The notes: generated by a model not told the origin, from the sequence alone. DNA of 64,000 nt from Octopus sinensis (GCF_006345805.1 NC_043014.1:51894001-51958000), one strand, 5' to 3'. Counted from the first letter of the stretch, positions 25,871 to 39,636 are shown. Program-made: numbers and translations.

Positions 25871-26564
25871 CTCACACGCATGTGTGAGCATGTGTCGAGG
25901 AACCAATATCTGGATATTTAAATGGATTCGGCGTTGACGTGTACGCTGCAAAATGAAGTAACTGAAAAAACAAGGGGTCTTCAGATTTGGTTTTATTCAG
26001 TTAGGTAAGCAAAATGTAAGGGCTCACTATTAAAAGCTTTCAACGGATAGATAGAAAGGTGCAAGTAGTACTTTACTGCTTCTGGCATAGTTTCTCATTA
26101 GCGGACGATATGTGTATTTTGCCAACAACACAGCATGTGGAGTACGATCCAACTACACCAAGACTGAATTGGCACTAAATAACTGCAACAATATATAATC
26201 TGATACGACTTTTCGAAGGGAAATTCTGCAGTTATTTTCTGTTATGTTCGAATTGATATCATGATTCCTTGTGACCAATAATTATGATGCCGTGTATATG
26301 ATGTTTGAAACGTGAAAATCTGCATACGTGCTTAGGTACAGTGGTATCAATATAAATTACGAATCATCTATATTTTCTAAAGCAAAGTCTATTAGTTCCC
26401 CTATAGGTACACCACAAGATCTGATTGGCATTAAACGTCAGCTGAGATTCTCAATGAATTCACATCAGGTTTGAATGACTATATCTATATCTGGCAAAGC
26501 AACAAAGAGAACCGCTAAATTCCCAATAAAATTCGAACGGGGTATAATTCAAATTCAAGTCAAA

Positions 26565-26757
26565 TCTTGGCACAAGGCCAACAATTTTGCGAAATGAGCG
26601 GGTGGGCCGATTACATCGAGCCCAGCTAACAAATGGTACTTGTTTTGCCGACTCCGAAGAGATGATCTCGGAGGAATTTGAACTCAGAACGCAAAGAAGG
26701 GTGAAATGCCAATAAGCATTTTGTCCGGCGTGCTAACGATTCTCCCATCTCACCGAC
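26565..26757 (-). mobile_element. SINE family B monomer, internally deleted
   Basis: GGCACAAGGCC..GATTACATCGAGCCCAG..GGAATTTGAACTCAGAACG..CGGCGTGCTAACGATTCT. Confidence 0.8.
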
Positions 26758-26851
26758 CTTCAACGATGATTCATTTTCAAAGTAAATCATTGTTCCTACT
26801 CTGAAATTTAAAATAGTCTCCTAATACATTAATTGTATCCTGGAAAGCACA

Positions 26852-26961
26852 CAATAATAATAATAATAATAATAATAATGATAATCGCAATAATAATAAC
26901 TATTATTATTTTTATATTGTTATTATTATAATTATTATTATTGTTATTATTATTTTTTCTA

Positions 26962-27002
<41 letters not shown>

Positions 27003-27104
27003 ATTATTATTATTATTATAAACTGTCATATTGTCATTTTGTTAATACGCATTATACCCAACAGGATAACAATCCTCATAGAAATATTAATAATAATAAT
27101 AATG

Positions 27105-27152
<48 letters not shown>
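26852..27152. repeat. (AAT)n-(ATT)n-(AAT)n microsatellite blocks with orientation switches
   Basis: Direct reading. Confidence 0.9.
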
Positions 27153-27155
<3 letters not shown>

Positions 27156-27519
27156 GCGTTGTTTGTGATGATGGTAACTCTACAAAAGCGACAGATAAAG
27201 GGACAATACAAGAACAAATGTTAAATCGGTGATGGTGGTGGCACTGGTGTGCATGGTTGTTATTGTAGTCGGGGGGTGGGGACATGGAGATTGCGCAAGA
27301 TCAGATATGGAATACAAATCATTCAAAAAGAATCGAAATGAAAAGGAAGTTGATTAGCGAAGTCGTAATATCAGGAATAAAAATAATCTTTACTGTATTT
27401 TACACAAAGGATGTATTCATCCTATTCATATCGCATCACAAAAGGGAGGGACAATAAGTGCTACGTGTACACACACACACACACACACACACACATACTC
27501 AAATACGCACACAATTGTA

Positions 27520-27715
27520 TGTTAAAGAAGCTAGATTTGTAACCATGTGTTTTCGAGTTCGGTCCCAGTGCGTTGCACCTTGGGCATTTTGTCTACAACG
27601 ACCACCAAGGTCTGATCAATGTCTTGTGAATGAAAATGGTACATGGAAACTGTTCGGAAGCGCACTGTATAGATAAACGCGCGTGCGTGTTTGTGCGTGC
27701 CTGTGTTTGTATTTG
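27520..27715 (+). mobile_element. SINE family A, diverged 5' half
   Basis: AACCATGTG..GAGTTCGGTCCCAGTGCGTTGCACCTTGGGCA..CTTGTGAATG..GGAAACTG. Confidence 0.65.
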
Positions 27716-28005
27716 ATAATTATGTTTGAATAATCAGGATTTATTGATAATCAGCGTTTAGTTGTTCATCAGTCGATTTTACCAAGTACAGAAAACCGTG
27801 CCAACGCAAATTACCAACACCTCCTTCCTTATATATACTCATGGGCGTGCGAAATGTCCTGAGATATATATATATATATATATAGATATATATAAAATAA
27901 ATATAAGAGAGTGGTCACTATATGGCTCACTCTAGCACCAGTTAATCCAAAAGGTTTCAACCACAAAAATACATGTTTCCCATGAAAGTCAGTACAATTG
28001 TTAAT

Positions 28006-28037
<32 letters not shown>

Positions 28038-28499
28038 CACACATGCAGCTATACCCAAAATACAATTTATATTTATTATCTTCACCAACGTTAAATATAC
28101 CATTTTCTGCCGGCAACTAAAATAATAACTTCTCCCTCTGTAAGAGAGAAAGAGAGAAGGGGAGGGGAGAGAGATCTTGTTGAAAAAAGGAGGCAGAAAT
28201 TATTTGCCTCGGCATTTGACTATTAATTTCCTTTTACGGCCCCTTCATATTGGAAGTTGGATGAAACTGAGCTCAGTGATACGCATCACAAGGCCCATTA
28301 ATGAATACCACAAACCATTTTGTCCGTTGCTAAAATGATTCAACCAATTCATTATCCTTTAATAATAAATTTCCTGGACCTTTAAACTATTTTGTTTTCA
28401 TTATTATGTTGTGTTACAAATTATTTCTATACATGTTCAGAGATAATTCAAAATGGATAGATAATGCGTACTTCTAGAGAAGAGAAACCGGTTGTCATA

Positions 28500-28976
28500 T
28501 TGTACAATATCTTTTTTGAGAGGAATAATTTCCTTTCTAATGCGATTACATCAGCATCTAAATATTCTCTTTAACTATTAAATGAAATAATTTCTACGGT
28601 TGCAAGTAAATAGATGACACCGCTTGGCATTTATAACTTACTTTTGACAGTCCCATTGATTGTAATTGCTATTGTATTCGATGTACAGTGGTGCTGTGCA
28701 TTACGGCAACATTAATCCAGTCATATTAAATCTTTCCTGGGCCGAAACCTCAGATAGTCTCAACATGTTTTTCTCCTTGACACCGATGAAGATTTGCCTC
28801 CATCATTCATACAGTATACGGACATAACGCAACATAATGAAATGTAGAATTCATTTACACAATACCTAAAGTTTTCCCGACCAGTAATGATTAGAGCAAT
28901 TGCTATAAAGCGCTGTGGTGGAACCGTGAGAGCGTACAGGTTGCAGTTATTGGGACGAGATTTTGACAATAAATAG
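28500..28976 (+). pseudogene. Possible degenerate F5/8 type C (discoidin)-like domain sequence
   Basis: 28848-28976 reads ..FSRPVMIRAIAIKRCGGTVRAYRLQLLGRDFDNK*, fitting the discoidin C-terminal pattern F..P..AR.IRI......LR.ELLG. Upstream frames give NAITSAS, WHL*LTFDSP and VILNLSW, but with stops and frameshifts. Confidence 0.35.
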
Positions 28977-30451
28977 TTAATGTGAAGTGAACTGTTTTTA
29001 TGTGCTTTTAAATGACTAATCTGTGTCTTTCAACTTGTAATTATTTTGATTTTGAATACAGTCTCAGATGAAATCACTTGTTAATCATGTCCATCTCCAA
29101 AATAAAGCTTAGATTATCAATGAAGATGTAACGGTTGTTCTCTCCATGTAGATTTATTATCAGTCAGATGCATAATAGCCTCTCCTAGATTAATCAACAC
29201 CGTACTACATAATTATTTATTGCAATTTAAAATATTATAAGGATCTTCACGACAGATCATATCACCGTTCTGCATACAAGTAGGGAAATTCAAGCAGCCA
29301 TGGACCATTTAATAAATATACAGATTTATTCGATTCGGACAACTTAACAAATGAATAATACATGACTACGGAATCTGATAAGTTCGATTAAATATCAATT
29401 TCAATTTTGATAATTATTCTTAACTCATTCATGTAATATTTCGAATCTGAATCTTGTTTTACTTCGTCACATTATTAACTTTTAATGCACGAATTAGAAG
29501 AATGACGTGAGAACAAGAGAAAATAAAAGGGAGCCATGAAATAAGCCTCTCCATGTCAGCTACGTTGTAATTATATCGTACGGCTTATGGTCTGAAGCGC
29601 TGAATATGCCGCAGTTGCATGTTACGGGGAGATAATAGGTGGTAGTTTGTCTCCTTATTTCTGTTATCTGTCTCCAAATGCGAGCTTTCTAATTACAATT
29701 GAAATATCCAATGTTTAAGATCCAATTCAGGGAAATGAGAACTAAGGACTAAAAGGATCTAATTAGTGACCTTCCTGTAACAATAGCAGATCTCTGTGAA
29801 ACCAGGGGCCTCTCCATTCGGTGTTCGCCATTTTGTAATTTAGTGAAATAAAAGCAGCGTTGAGAGTTAATACACAGTTACGTATGTGCATATGCCTGTA
29901 AGTACAGGCGTACACATTTATGCATGTACACACAACGGACATACATACACACACATATACATAAACACGTGTAGGTGCATGTCCTCTCTCAGTGTGTGTG
30001 TGTGTTTATGTGTAGGTGTAGTTAAAGGAAAAAGACGCATTTGGGAAAGTGCACACATTCCCACATATTCTCATGCACCTATTCAAGATAATAACTCACA
30101 TGCCATATAACGAATAACTTTCAACTTAATAACAGATATTTAGTAAACCTGTCTAACTGCAGCGGTAATGAAAATGGCAGATTATAAAACAATATACGGG
30201 ATGTAACTTGCATTCAAAATATAGTGATTAGAAAATACAGTTATTACCCATAGATATATATATGCAATAATTAAACTAAGTGTGATTGGTTAAAAATCTG
30301 CATTATTTTCTTTAAGTTTATCCCTTTAGTTTGTTCTGGGATTCATTGTAGATTGGTGAGGCCTATGCGGCAGCAAAAGCGACTTTCCTGAAAATGAGCC
30401 GCAACAGGCTTGCTCAATGGCAAACGAAATGCTCAAAAGAAATAGATATTC

Positions 30452-30659
30452 TTTCTTTTCTACTCTAGGCACAAGGCTCAAAATTTGAGGGGGAGAGAGA
30501 GCAGTCAATTAGATTGGCCCTAATGCACAAATGGCACATAATTTATCAACCCCAAAAACATGAAAGGCAAAGTCGACCTCGACGGAATTTGAACTCAGAA
30601 CGTAAAGGTAGACGAAATACTGTTAAGCATTACACCCGGCGTTTTAACCTTTCTGCCAG
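30452..30659 (-). mobile_element. SINE family B monomer (tail type 2)
   Basis: TTTCTACTCTAGGCACAAGG..ATGAAAGGCAAAGTCGACCTCGACGGAATTTGAACTCAGAACGTAA..TTCTGCCAG. Confidence 0.88.
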
Positions 30660-31234
30660 GGAAATAAATATTGTAATCAGTACCTATTACTTATTACACT
30701 TTTCAAAACGGAATAGTGACAATTACCCCACTCCCACAAAAACACTAAAAACGCAGCAGAAGTAGCAGCAGTAGCAGCAGCAGGAATAGTAGTCATAGCA
30801 TTTATAGAACTATATGTAGTACAGGTAGTGGCAGTAGTAGTACTAGTAAAACTGATGGTAGTTGATCTGATAGAATTCGTTCTGATAGAAGTAGTAGTAT
30901 GTGATACTTTGAAACACGCATTTGGGGATATTAAAAAAAAATATATATTTGCGTGTGTACGTTGGCGTGTACTAGAGTCTGTATATTATATATATATAAA
31001 TTTAACACACCCATCGAAGGGGCTAAAAACTAATTCATGATTTTATGACACTTTAACTGAGAATTTTTATAAAATGCACCACGTATCCCCAACCACTGCA
31101 TGTAGATATATGGCGTATTTCATAAATATACCTAGTTAAAGTATCTTAAAGTCATGAAGCTAATGGTGTGTGTTAAACTGATATATATATATATCTCATT
31201 TGATGGAGCATTTTGATTCTCTAAACTATATACT

Positions 31235-31457
31235 AATCTCAATCGAAGGAGAGGGGCTTTCTTCGTCCGGGTTGCAGATCCGTGGAATAAGCTGCCGGAC
31301 GAGATAGTGAAGATGCCGACGACCGCTCGGTTCAAAGTCTCTCTTGACCAGAAATGACCTGAACTCTTTGCATGAACACCCTCTTGTACATAACTCAATG
31401 TCCCCCTGCACGACCTTGCTTTTTGCTTTTTGAGCCAAATAATTAACTTAACTTAAC
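31235..31457 (+). mobile_element. 5'-truncated CR1-like LINE 3' end flanked by 41-bp direct repeats
   Basis: LNRRRGAFFVRVADPWNKLPDEIV..RFKVSLDQK matches the CR1-type ORF2 C-terminus (FF..RV...WN.LP..V....FK..LD); (TTAAC)n tail; flanks 31194-31234 and 31458-31498 are 39/41 identical. Confidence 0.85.
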
Positions 31458-31566
31458 TCTCATTTGAAGGAGCATTTTGATTCTATAAACTATATACTTA
31501 CATATATAAACCTGAGAAAAGTGCGCGTATATATGTATGATTGAGAGGGAAGGCATGAAAACTTAC

Positions 31567-31810
31567 AATTACACAATTAGGTTAGAAGCTTGTAGTGATA
31601 AGGATGTAATAAAATGAAACATGTAACAGCCGCTGGTACGAAGGCCGGGGGTGAAATGCCAAGATCTGTCCGCTGACGGTTGTGCAGCTCTGTTTGCCGA
31701 CGGTCCTGGCGTTGAAGTCTTCTGCTGACTGACTGCCAGAAGGCGCGCTCCTCTGCTGGGCAGATGACTGCTGCTTTTATAGATAAACCACAAGATCTGA
31801 TTGGCTGCGG
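31567..31810 (-). promoter_or_regulatory. Probable Pol II core promoter and first (non-coding) exon of a minus-strand gene
   Basis: Minus strand: CCAAT at 31800-31804, TGTGGT, TATAAAAG at 31774-31781, then a CpG-containing GC-richer leader and a GTAAGT donor at 31561-31566. Confidence 0.5.
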
Positions 31811-32242
31811 TTTTCAAAGCACAACCGTGCTAATCCGCGATAACGAAATATGGCTTCCTTCACTTACTACAAGCGTTTGAGAAAAAGTCAAAATTTGCCC
31901 GTGAGCAATCTCGGTATAACGTTTAAGTTACAAATATTGGTACAGTATATTGAAAAGGCAGTTCTATCCATCGATCAACTTTTTTCTTCTTTATGTGACT
32001 GTTGTTAAATTCACCGTGGAATTTTCGAATGCAACAACGAACCATTGATAATTTATGTGACAGAGAAGATAATATATCTTAAAATTGGGATTCATGTCTC
32101 GCCTATAGAATGCTTCGATTTATGAATTATAAATTTACTCATGAGATTCCTGAGGATTAGGAGATTGATAATTTCATTTAACCCATGCACAATATGCCAC
32201 TTACTCAATACCTGGTATATATGCATAAGTAACTGCCAGATA

Positions 32243-32342
32243 TGTGGCTGTCTTGAAAGCAGCCTGCATTCCAACCACATGGGCATTAGCTATAGCCTAG
32301 TGCCGGCCCAAAACTACTGAGTAAATTCGGAGAGTGGGAACA
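32243..32342 (+). mobile_element. SINE family A-like degenerate fragment
   Basis: TGTGGCTGT..CCAACCACATGG..CTATAGCCTAGTGCCGGCCCAAA. Confidence 0.45.
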
Positions 32343-32344
32343 GA

Positions 32345-32403
<59 letters not shown>

Positions 32404-32647
32404 AGCCCTACGGACGAACGGATTACGTAAGTGATTTATTCGTTAATAGGGTGAAACCGCCGGTTTGCAATTAATTCTTGTTTTGTATATATTTTCATCT
32501 GTCTTGCCCGAATATTGTTCTGGTTTCCGCTGAATTTCTCTAGAGAACATTCTTTTCTTCGTAGTTTGATCGTATAGGTGATATACTTCTAGCATATGCC
32601 TGACCACATAGGGTTTTTAGCCCTTAAATATGCATACATATATATAT

Positions 32648-32712
<65 letters not shown>

Positions 32713-32920
32713 TATATATCTTGCTATCCCATAGCAAAACTGTAGTTCTACAGTTTGACATTTTTTTTTATATCTTGACATCTGAACAGCTAGAGAAAGA
32801 ATGGTTGACCAAAAGAAACCGCTATTGCAACCAAAAATAAATATTGAAAAAAAAACGCTTTTGGCCAAATTTGAACATACAACAGTTTAATATAATGGCA
32901 CCGGTAAACCCACACAGATA

Positions 32921-32972
<52 letters not shown>

Positions 32973-33659
32973 AGATTGAATAAGGGTAGAAATTGATATT
33001 AATCAATTAAAACCAGTGGCCTAGCATATTTAAAACAATTCAATCAAAGATTAAAAAGATTTTGACGTCTATATCTAGCATATTGACTGTCCACTTTTAG
33101 AGGTCAGTCCTTGAAATGTTATATATATATATATATGTACATAGCATCGACACATATTCTTAGCATGCTGAGAATCATATGCATCCATCACTTTTCCCGT
33201 TCTCCTTTCAGCTCTTACATAGTCCGCAGAGAGAAGTCTAGATTCGCTTCAAGTGTCTCTATGGGTACTTGCCACAGCAACGGCAGCTAAGGCAATTAGC
33301 AAAGACTGAGTTTAAGCTACCCATTCCTACGTGATTCTAAATGACTAATAATTTTATACACGCAGGTGTAAGAGCAGGGTTTTAAGAAGCTTGTCGCCGA
33401 ATCTCAATAGTTTCTGTTTCCTGACGTTTACGTTAATAATGTTTTGTAATACAGTTTCGGGCCGATCTATTCGTTCCAAAATCTCGTTTGCACTCTTTTC
33501 TTTGCTCTCTTTTGTGTTTTTCACCAAAAACCAAACGCATTCAGATGGACATGGAAAAATTGATGGCGCAGGCGATACTGTAGCATGGCCGTAAGCTTTG
33601 CATTGGAACATATAAAAGAAAGACTAAAAGAGTATACATACAAACCACTTTCAAACGTT

Positions 33660-34022
33660 ATATATACACATATATATATGTATGTGTGTATGTATTTATA
33701 TATATATATATACATGTATGCATATATGTATCTATATATGTTTATATGTATGTATATATGTGTATATGTATGTATGTATATATGTGTATATGTATGTATA
33801 TATGTGTATATGTATATATATATTTATATACATATATATGTATGTACATGTATATATATGTATGTATATTTATATATATGTATGTATATATATATGTGTG
33901 TGTATATGCATATATGTATATATGCATGTATATATATATGTGTGTGTATATGCATATATGTATATATGCATGTATATATATGTATGTATCAGTATATATA
34001 TATATTATATATATATATATAC
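33660..34022. repeat. (TA)n/(TATG)n microsatellite
   Basis: Direct reading. Confidence 0.95.
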
Positions 34023-34729
34023 ATTGAAATCTATGCTGTGGTACCCACCCTTTCCGAGTTTCCAGCATCTTGGCGCACCTAGATACTAATGAATCTTGTA
34101 ATATGCATACATAATATATATATACACACATACATACATACATACATAATACTCAAACGCACGCGGACACTGACACAGAGCGTGTGGTGTACAGCAGTTC
34201 ACAATTTTGTGAGAAAAATGTTCTGATTCCTATTGCGAGGAGCATGATAATGTAACCGAGTAATTATTTCTAACTAGTTATTGAATTAGTGAGGAAAACT
34301 TACAAAGTTATCACTATTTTTTTTTTTAAATTCATTTTATTTCGATAATCTTTTGGAATCTTGTAAAAAAATATCCGGAAATTATTAAGATATTTTATTG
34401 CAGATCACGTCCGTGGACTTGTTATCTCGATTTTCTCCTGCGAATTTCCAATAATGCTAAAAAGTAATTAGATTTTTTTTCTCCTTCTATCACTTTTGAC
34501 CGCTATCCAGCTATTGAAAAAAAATATATAAAAAGGTGAAATTACATACACAGTTTAAACGTACAGGCAAACCGATATATATACATACACGTATGTATAC
34601 ACACAACACTCACGTACTCACAACACTAACACATATAGAAATGTATACATAAACACACAGATGCATATGCAGACACAATACACGCGAGATTTATTTACAC
34701 ACATGCATATACATGGACATAGATTGCAT

Positions 34730-35075
34730 ATACATGTGTATATAGCTATCCCTGTAATCATATATGCATACTTGTATATATATAGACACATATACATATA
34801 TATATGAATAAATATGTATATATATGTATATACGTGTATATATATATATGTATGTATATATACATATATATGTCTGTATGTATATATACATATATATAGG
34901 TATAGATATGTATATATACATATATATGTATAGATATGTATATATACATATATATGTGTATAGATATGTATATAACATACATATATATTAAATATATATA
35001 CTGATATAACATATACATACATATAATATATATGAATATATATATATATACATGTATGTATGTATGATATATATA

Positions 35076-35119
<44 letters not shown>

Positions 35120-35215
35120 ATGTATGTATATATAATATATGAATATATATATATACATGTATGTATGTATGTATATATATATATATATGAATTATATATA
35201 TATACATGTATGTAT

Positions 35216-35250
<35 letters not shown>

Positions 35251-35265
35251 CATACATATATACAT
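34730..35265. repeat. (TA)n/(TATG)n microsatellite
   Basis: Direct reading. Confidence 0.95.
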
Positions 35266-36801
35266 ATGTGTGTGTAATGATTCCAGACACGAACCCATTG
35301 GCTCCATTTCCACATTAAGTGCTTCTCCATACGCATTAGTATTGTTTAACTTCGTTTGTTTACTTGTTTACACTTTACTTGAGAAGTCAAATAAACCACA
35401 ATTTTACTGTATTTCATATATATATATATATATATTTTTTCATTTTTTCCTTTGTTGTGGATTTCCTTAAAACTCTTCCAATGATGTATTTCATTCGTGT
35501 TCAATTTAACAAGACGATCAGATTATAAATATTTGGATTACATTATTTATATGTTGTTGATATTAATCTCGTTTGTAAAATTTTCAACATATGTGAAAAC
35601 TACAATACTTTTCACTGTCTTATGTAAATTTTTTGTTTAGCTCACTATATACATTTTCTTCGAATCATCTTATATTCTTTATTTTTATGCGTGTTTCTGA
35701 GAAAATCCGGGCCAAAAGATTTCCATAGCGATTAAATGATTTTAGCGTAGGAAACGTTGCTGGGAGAAATTTGGTATTATTAAGATAAGATTTTCTGCTG
35801 CTTGTTGTCATAGATAATTCAGATTCGCTATTTTTTTTCTTGTTACTACTTGGAAATGTATGTCTACAGATTTGAAACTTTTGTAAAACACCTTATATAT
35901 TATTAATCTTCCGATGTATTGGATTTTCGCGAACAAATATAGCATTATGCTTAATGTTATTCGAGTGGGGGACCGAATAGCTTCTCGTTAAATTGTTCTA
36001 TCTGAAAGCGGAGTAGATATCGCGTCTGCTGAACACGTTGAATACGGATTTTTTGACTCATTAATTTATGGAAATTTCTTAAATTGAATATCGGATGATG
36101 TTTCGCATCAATATAAGATCTATGAGGATGTGTTTTCGTTAGTAATCAAACACTAGCGATCTAGTGATTATGGCTTGTTAATATATAACTTTTGCTAATT
36201 GTTTAGCAGTGAACAGTAACACGTGTCCTCTCAAGTCTTCAATACAAACTCAAAGGAAGAGCCAAGATATGACAGCTGGAATCGGAAATAGCTGTATTTG
36301 CAACCCGATGGTTACCTTTAACAGCCCTTCGACTAGCGCAACGTAAAGCATAGTACCTTGCTCAAGACACAACGTCCTCATTACTCGTGAATTAAACTCT
36401 CAAATAAAACGGCTTGTACGAAATATGCTAACTGGCAATACATGCGTTTACTCTACAACTTGCAGCATTCTCCAGGTTTATTTCAAATCAATCTCCAAAT
36501 AGTTCGTGTCAGTTAAGAGAAATGTTTGTCATCGCGGTTTCATATTTATCAAACAATCTTCAATATGATTAAATTGAATTTAAAGTTAATGACGAAACTT
36601 CATTACGCCGCCCTATCTGATGTAAAGAATTGGCAAATCTTTCCTTGACTCGATCAGAAGAGTCTTGAAATAGGGACATTCGGATAACGCTGCGCTGGCA
36701 AAGTGTAAAATATGGCATCTTCAAATGGGGGAATATATTCAGTTGTAGTTTTTCTCAATGAATCTTAACGAGTAGCTAAACAGCATCAGCATCATCACCT
36801 A

Positions 36802-36834
<33 letters not shown>

Positions 36835-36929
36835 GTAAATGTCAAAATACGGAATGCTCAATCAGGGAATATTTTCGGTTATAGATTTTTCAATGAAATT
36901 TAACCAAAAGCTAAGCAAAATCAAACTAT

Positions 36930-36960
<31 letters not shown>

Positions 36961-37512
36961 GCTGCTGCTGCTGATACTTCTTTATACACAGCTTAGTTCA
37001 GTCTCTATTCTATGAGCACTATTCTTGTGTTACACAAACACACGTAGATACAATGCAAACAAGCTGGATTTTATTTTTTGGGAAAAAAACATGAAAAAGC
37101 ATATTCTGTCATGGTGATCCGCTGCCCAGCAGATTTTAGCTTCCCTTCGAAAATTGAAGAGGATTATTATAGGCATATGCTTGAAATTTCTCACTTCTAT
37201 AGATTATAGATTCACAATTATGTCAAGGGTTGTTGCTATATTTTCTCTGTGTGTAAGACCCTAAATATCTGCAGTAGAATCAACAAGCTAAATTCCTCAC
37301 TGCAAATTCAATCTGTAAACAGAACGGTAAAAATGTGTCAGATTTTTCTCAAATGTAAAATGCGTATTTCGTTTTCTTACCTAAATTCAAGCGACGGAAC
37401 TTTGCATCATTTTGCCTGAAACCAGCTTCTTCCCCACAGGAAGAATTCAAATATTTAGAAATAAAACTCACACATACATACTTGGGGAATAATTTTCTGG
37501 GTTTTAGGCGAC

Positions 37513-37612
37513 CGAATCGACTGCCGTATTTTATGTTCTTTGTAAGTCTCTTACATATTGAATCGTCTGAATTTGCCGAAGCGCTAAGTTACGAAAACTT
37601 AAATATACCAAC
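37513..37612 (-). mobile_element. SINE family A-like degenerate fragment
   Basis: TTCTTTGTAAG..TTTGCCGAAGCGCTAAGTTACG matches the reverse-strand body. Confidence 0.5.
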
Positions 37613-38179
37613 ACATAAAAACCCCGTCTCAGCATTCAACGAAAGAGAGAATAAACGCGGATAAAAGTGAACAAAAATGAGGTCTACATCAATACCGAAA
37701 ATGGAAGCAGAGTATAAAAAACGTATCTTACGAAAATTCTTCTGCTAGACTATCATTTAGTTTTATATATATAACAAGTATTCGATGCTTAGTGATCCTC
37801 GAAAGTTTTCTTTTAGAGAAATATTACGGATCAATTTATATTCTTCTTCTATATATTTACGATTTTATCTTTTTCCTTCTTTCCATTTCTTTTGGAACTG
37901 TTTTAGCAAACAGAACACGTAATTTGATTAATCTCTTGATCCAATACCAAAAACGGAATCAAATATAATGGATCAGGAATTTTTACCAAAGATGTATAGC
38001 CTCCAAGCAGGATGACGCATAATATGTCAGATGTACTGGCGATTGGAACAGAATCAAAAAATTACATTATATATACACCCAGCCGTCATACGCAGGTATT
38101 ACGAGAGAGGGAGAGGGGGCGGGCCACGAGTATGAATGCATACACACACACATAGATATCTCTAGTACAAATACACGTG

Positions 38180-38835
38180 TATGAATGCAATATATATTAT
38201 GTATGTATATATATATATATATGTGCATGTATATATATATATGTATATATGTACATATATGTATATATGTATATATATTTATATATGTTTATCTATATAT
38301 ATGTATATATATATATATGTTTATGTATATATATGGATGTATGCATGTATATGTATATATATATATATATATGTTAATTTATATATATGCATGTATGTAT
38401 GTATGTATATATATATGTTTATTTATATATATGCATGTATGTATATATGTATATACATAGATATATACATATGTATATGTATATGTATATACATATGTAT
38501 ATATGTATGTATATATATATACATATGTATATATGTATGTATATATATATACATATGTATATATGTATGTATATATACATATGTATATATGTATGTATAT
38601 ATATATACATATGTATATATGTATGTATATATATATACATATGTATATATGTATGTATATATATATACATATGTATATATGTATGTATATATGTATGTAT
38701 ATATGTATGTATATATGTATGTATATATGTATGTATATATGTATGTATTATATATACATATGTATATATGTATGTATATATGTATGTATATATGTATGTA
38801 TATATATATATATTATATATATATAATTATATATA
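38180..38835. repeat. (TA)n/(TATG)n array with higher-order 12-24-bp periodicity
   Basis: Repeating ATATGTATATATGTATGTATATATATAC-type units. Confidence 0.95.
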
Positions 38836-39272
38836 CACACAATCTTGCGTACACACATACTCAGACTGCATGTGTCTGTGTTTGAATTTGCTTAACAGAA
38901 GCTAGAATACAAAGATTCGCAAGAAATATTTAGAAAAAAAAAATCCATTTTCAGGCAGTTGCAAGAAAGCAAAAACGGAAAAGAACTGAAAGCTGGTATT
39001 TGGAACTGATATTATTCCTTAGTGCCAAAAATATGTCAAAGAATATACAAATAATGTAAAGGATTATTGAGTATCAAACATACACTGCATTCAATGGAGG
39101 ATACTGGCAGCATTCTTTGGGTAATTTATTTTGTTATTTCTTCCATTTTTTGATAAATCTTTGGCAGGCAATTGCTAGCGTCAACAGCTGCTGTAGTTGT
39201 ACATCGATGAATATCAATGAATTTCAATGAAAAAAAAATAAAAAGCATTTAGTTTTCCATTTTATGATTACA

Positions 39273-39308
<36 letters not shown>

Positions 39309-39636
39309 ACGCGCAGCTAGTGTGTGTGTTTGTGTATGGTTGTATAATGGAAAATTTAGTGTAATTTGAATAAATAAGAGCTTTAGATAGGTGAATGTAT
39401 GTACGTTTGACATACGAAGGGTGTGTGCATATGTGCATGCATGTGTGCATGTGTGTATGTATGTATGTCTGTCTCTCTATCTCTGTGTGTCTATGTAGGT
39501 GTGTGTATGTGTATTTAATCGTAACTTCTTTTCCTCTGAAAATATTTTTGTTCTCTAACTTTTACAGTTATGTAATTGTCGTATCGGCTGTACATAATCC
39601 TATATGCTTACGATCAACGATCCACTATACATACAC

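Noticed and set aside
36795-36975. Two (ACT)n(GCT)n compound tracts about 150 bp apart
   Set aside because: The intervening and flanking sequences are not homologous; ordinary microsatellite evolution suffices.
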